A stretch of DNA of 63,930 nucleotides, filler included. It is 9 parts of 9 records of this genome, joined end to end, with 100 filler letters (N's around TTAATTAATTAA, not from the genome) between each part and the next. Parts side by side here need not be neighbours in the genome. Positions count along the whole stretch, not along the records: positions 60,921 to 63,930 come from SRR7504441_8540; 8 more parts are not named here. The stretch is one strand, 5' to 3'. The notes under the pieces are model-generated. The model was not told the DNA's origin, ran no database searches, and saw only the letters and a program-made list of their open reading frames with translations. Below, piece by piece: positions 62,268-63,930 of this stretch (within the stretch, counting starts at the first letter, position 1; each line of letters opens with the position of its first letter). A program made the translations under genes and the position numbers.

Positions 62268-63830
62268 TTAGAAGTGATCGTCATCGGACTCTTCCAAAGT
62301 CTTGCCTCCCAGATGCACCTCCGCCATGCCGTTGTCTTCGTCGTCGATCCGGTAATCGTTCTCGTGAGAGTTGAAGTCGCCATTCAGTAGCCCTTCATAC
62401 TCACCATTCTCCTTGCCCACCTGATCTCCCGAGTAGTCCTTCCCATCCAGCCCATACACCATTTCTCCGGAGCCGCACATCCCCCCAATGATCCGGCCGA
62501 CGAAAAACATGTAAAACCTGACTTGCCAGGTGAGCTGCAACGATCGTGCTTGCCAGCGCACCGGATTCCTAGATCCAGGAACACAGCAACCGCAGCGCTT
62601 AAGCCAAACACCTGCCCGAGTTGGGCCAATGCTACCGATAGTTCAGACCTGGTACCAGTCGAACTGAATATATTCCTCAGTGACCATGATGTCTTCAGAC
62701 GCGTAAGCCACCTGAATTCACTCACATAAAACACTGGCAGGCCGGATCTCACATTGATCAGAACTGACTTGGACGACAGCCGCGGCCGGCTGGATTCGTC
62801 CACACTGCGCCGAGCGTGAGTTTACGGGCAGCAGGGCAGGGCGAGCCTGTATCGGGTGGTGGTCTGGCCGTCAAGTTTCTTCCACTTGCGAGCGCGCACA
62901 ATGATGTTGGAAAACTTGCCTGGCCAGGCCATCAGATGACCGCGCACCCGGCAGCGCGTATTACCGGCGCCCACGAGCACTACCGACGACGAGCGGCTCA
63001 TTTCATCCATATAGTGCCTGCAGTTGGCTCAGCCGACTCGAGGTGCTGAGCGTGACCCAAACTCCTTGCCACGCTGCTTGGGGCTCATGGTCTTGTGCCC
63101 GGACTTGGCCTGCGCAGTGCTGTTGGATTGGTAGTCTTTGACGGCCTCGTCCCACGACGCCGAGTTCAGCACGATCACCTGCCGCCGGCTGGCCTCCCGG
63201 CTGCAGGGGCTCGGCACGTTGAGCCCCGCTGGCAGGATCAGCTCGCGCTGCCCGAACGGCAGCGTGAGGAGCATGTCGGGCAGGTCTATCTCGGTCTTCA
63301 CTATCACCTGCCCCGGCTCAGCCCGGCCGCCGGAGCAGCCACCGGGTCCCGTCGGACGTGGATCCGCCAATCCTTCGGGGCCTCGAATTTGAGGCAGAAG
63401 CTCATACCCTACCCGCCCAGCTCGGCCCCGCCGGGCCTCCGGCCACCTGAGGAGTCTCAAACACGATTGACTCGACCGGGATGCATTTGCGCTCGTCCCC
63501 CAGCAAAGTGGCCGGCGAGGGGCCATCCCCGCACATTTGCCTGCGCGGCGGCTCGGGTGCGGCCTGGCCGGAGCGGGGGACTTATTGTTGAGCGGGGCGG
63601 ATTGCATGGTGTTGCAGACCAAGATGGTGGGGTACATGAGCTCCTGCTCAACGCTCACCACCTGCCAATCGTCAGCGCCCCAAACCCCGCCCGGGCGCCT
63701 CGCGGGTGGAGGGCTTGCGGGATTCGTCCAGCGAGCGGGAGACGTAGTTGTACACCACGTTCACCCACACCCCGAACGCGATGACCCGCAGCACCAGCCG
63801 CATGTGCTTCACGAAGTCCTTGGACCGCAT
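62268..63830 (-). CDS. Two-TM ion channel-like protein (DEG/ENaC-PAC fold candidate); about 374 aa, 11 introns, 5' end may extend
   Basis: Introns 63662-63698, 63541-63581, 63409-63446, 63308-63342, 63179-63217, 63018-63056, 62920-62964, 62805-62846, 62712-62752, 62612-62648, 62518-62561 give 1125 nt of open frame: TM1, ELMYPTILVCN, beta-rich loop, TM2, acidic tail. Confidence 0.65.
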
Positions 63831-63930
63831 AGTGTGGCCCTGGGTGCCGCAGTCTGGTGCCCGCAACAACCGAAAAACTGCCGCAGACGCGTGCAGCAGC
63901 CGGCCGGGTCGAGCTTCCAAGGGGGGGGGG

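Overview
This is eukaryotic DNA from a GC-rich, extremely gene-dense genome, probably a heterotrophic protist (lineage not determinable from the sequence). The window is nine separate contigs joined by eight artificial 100-nt spacers (N44-TTAATTAATTAA-N44), so adjacency across spacers means nothing. Most genes are split by tiny spliceosomal introns (mostly 35-52 nt, mode about 40) with weak donors and several GC-AG pairs, so the ORF track fragments them. I rebuilt gene models by hand-splicing; family calls come from remembered motifs, not database searches. Recognisable genes include FOXRED2, TRIP4/ASC-1, a GATase, PEX11, GT31, FkbM, SPT5, an ABHD hydrolase, an RDD protein, PLCXD, a peroxisomal LACS, poly(A) polymerase, JmjC and 2OG oxygenases, PPIL3, an RsuA-type pseudouridine synthase, an ankyrin-calpain protein, a FYVE protein, GH31, a proline racemase family member, Mpv17 and DMXL/Rav1. 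The best leads are: (1) an intron-hidden single-polypeptide fusion of ASC-1/TRIP4 with an AlkB dioxygenase; (2) an 11-intron, two-TM, thumb-less DEG/ENaC-PAC-like channel; (3) a GT1 glycosyltransferase-FkbM methyltransferase fusion with an ORF ending 1 nt before its ATG; (4) unusual intron and intergenic architecture. No rRNA, tRNA or CRISPR array was recognised.
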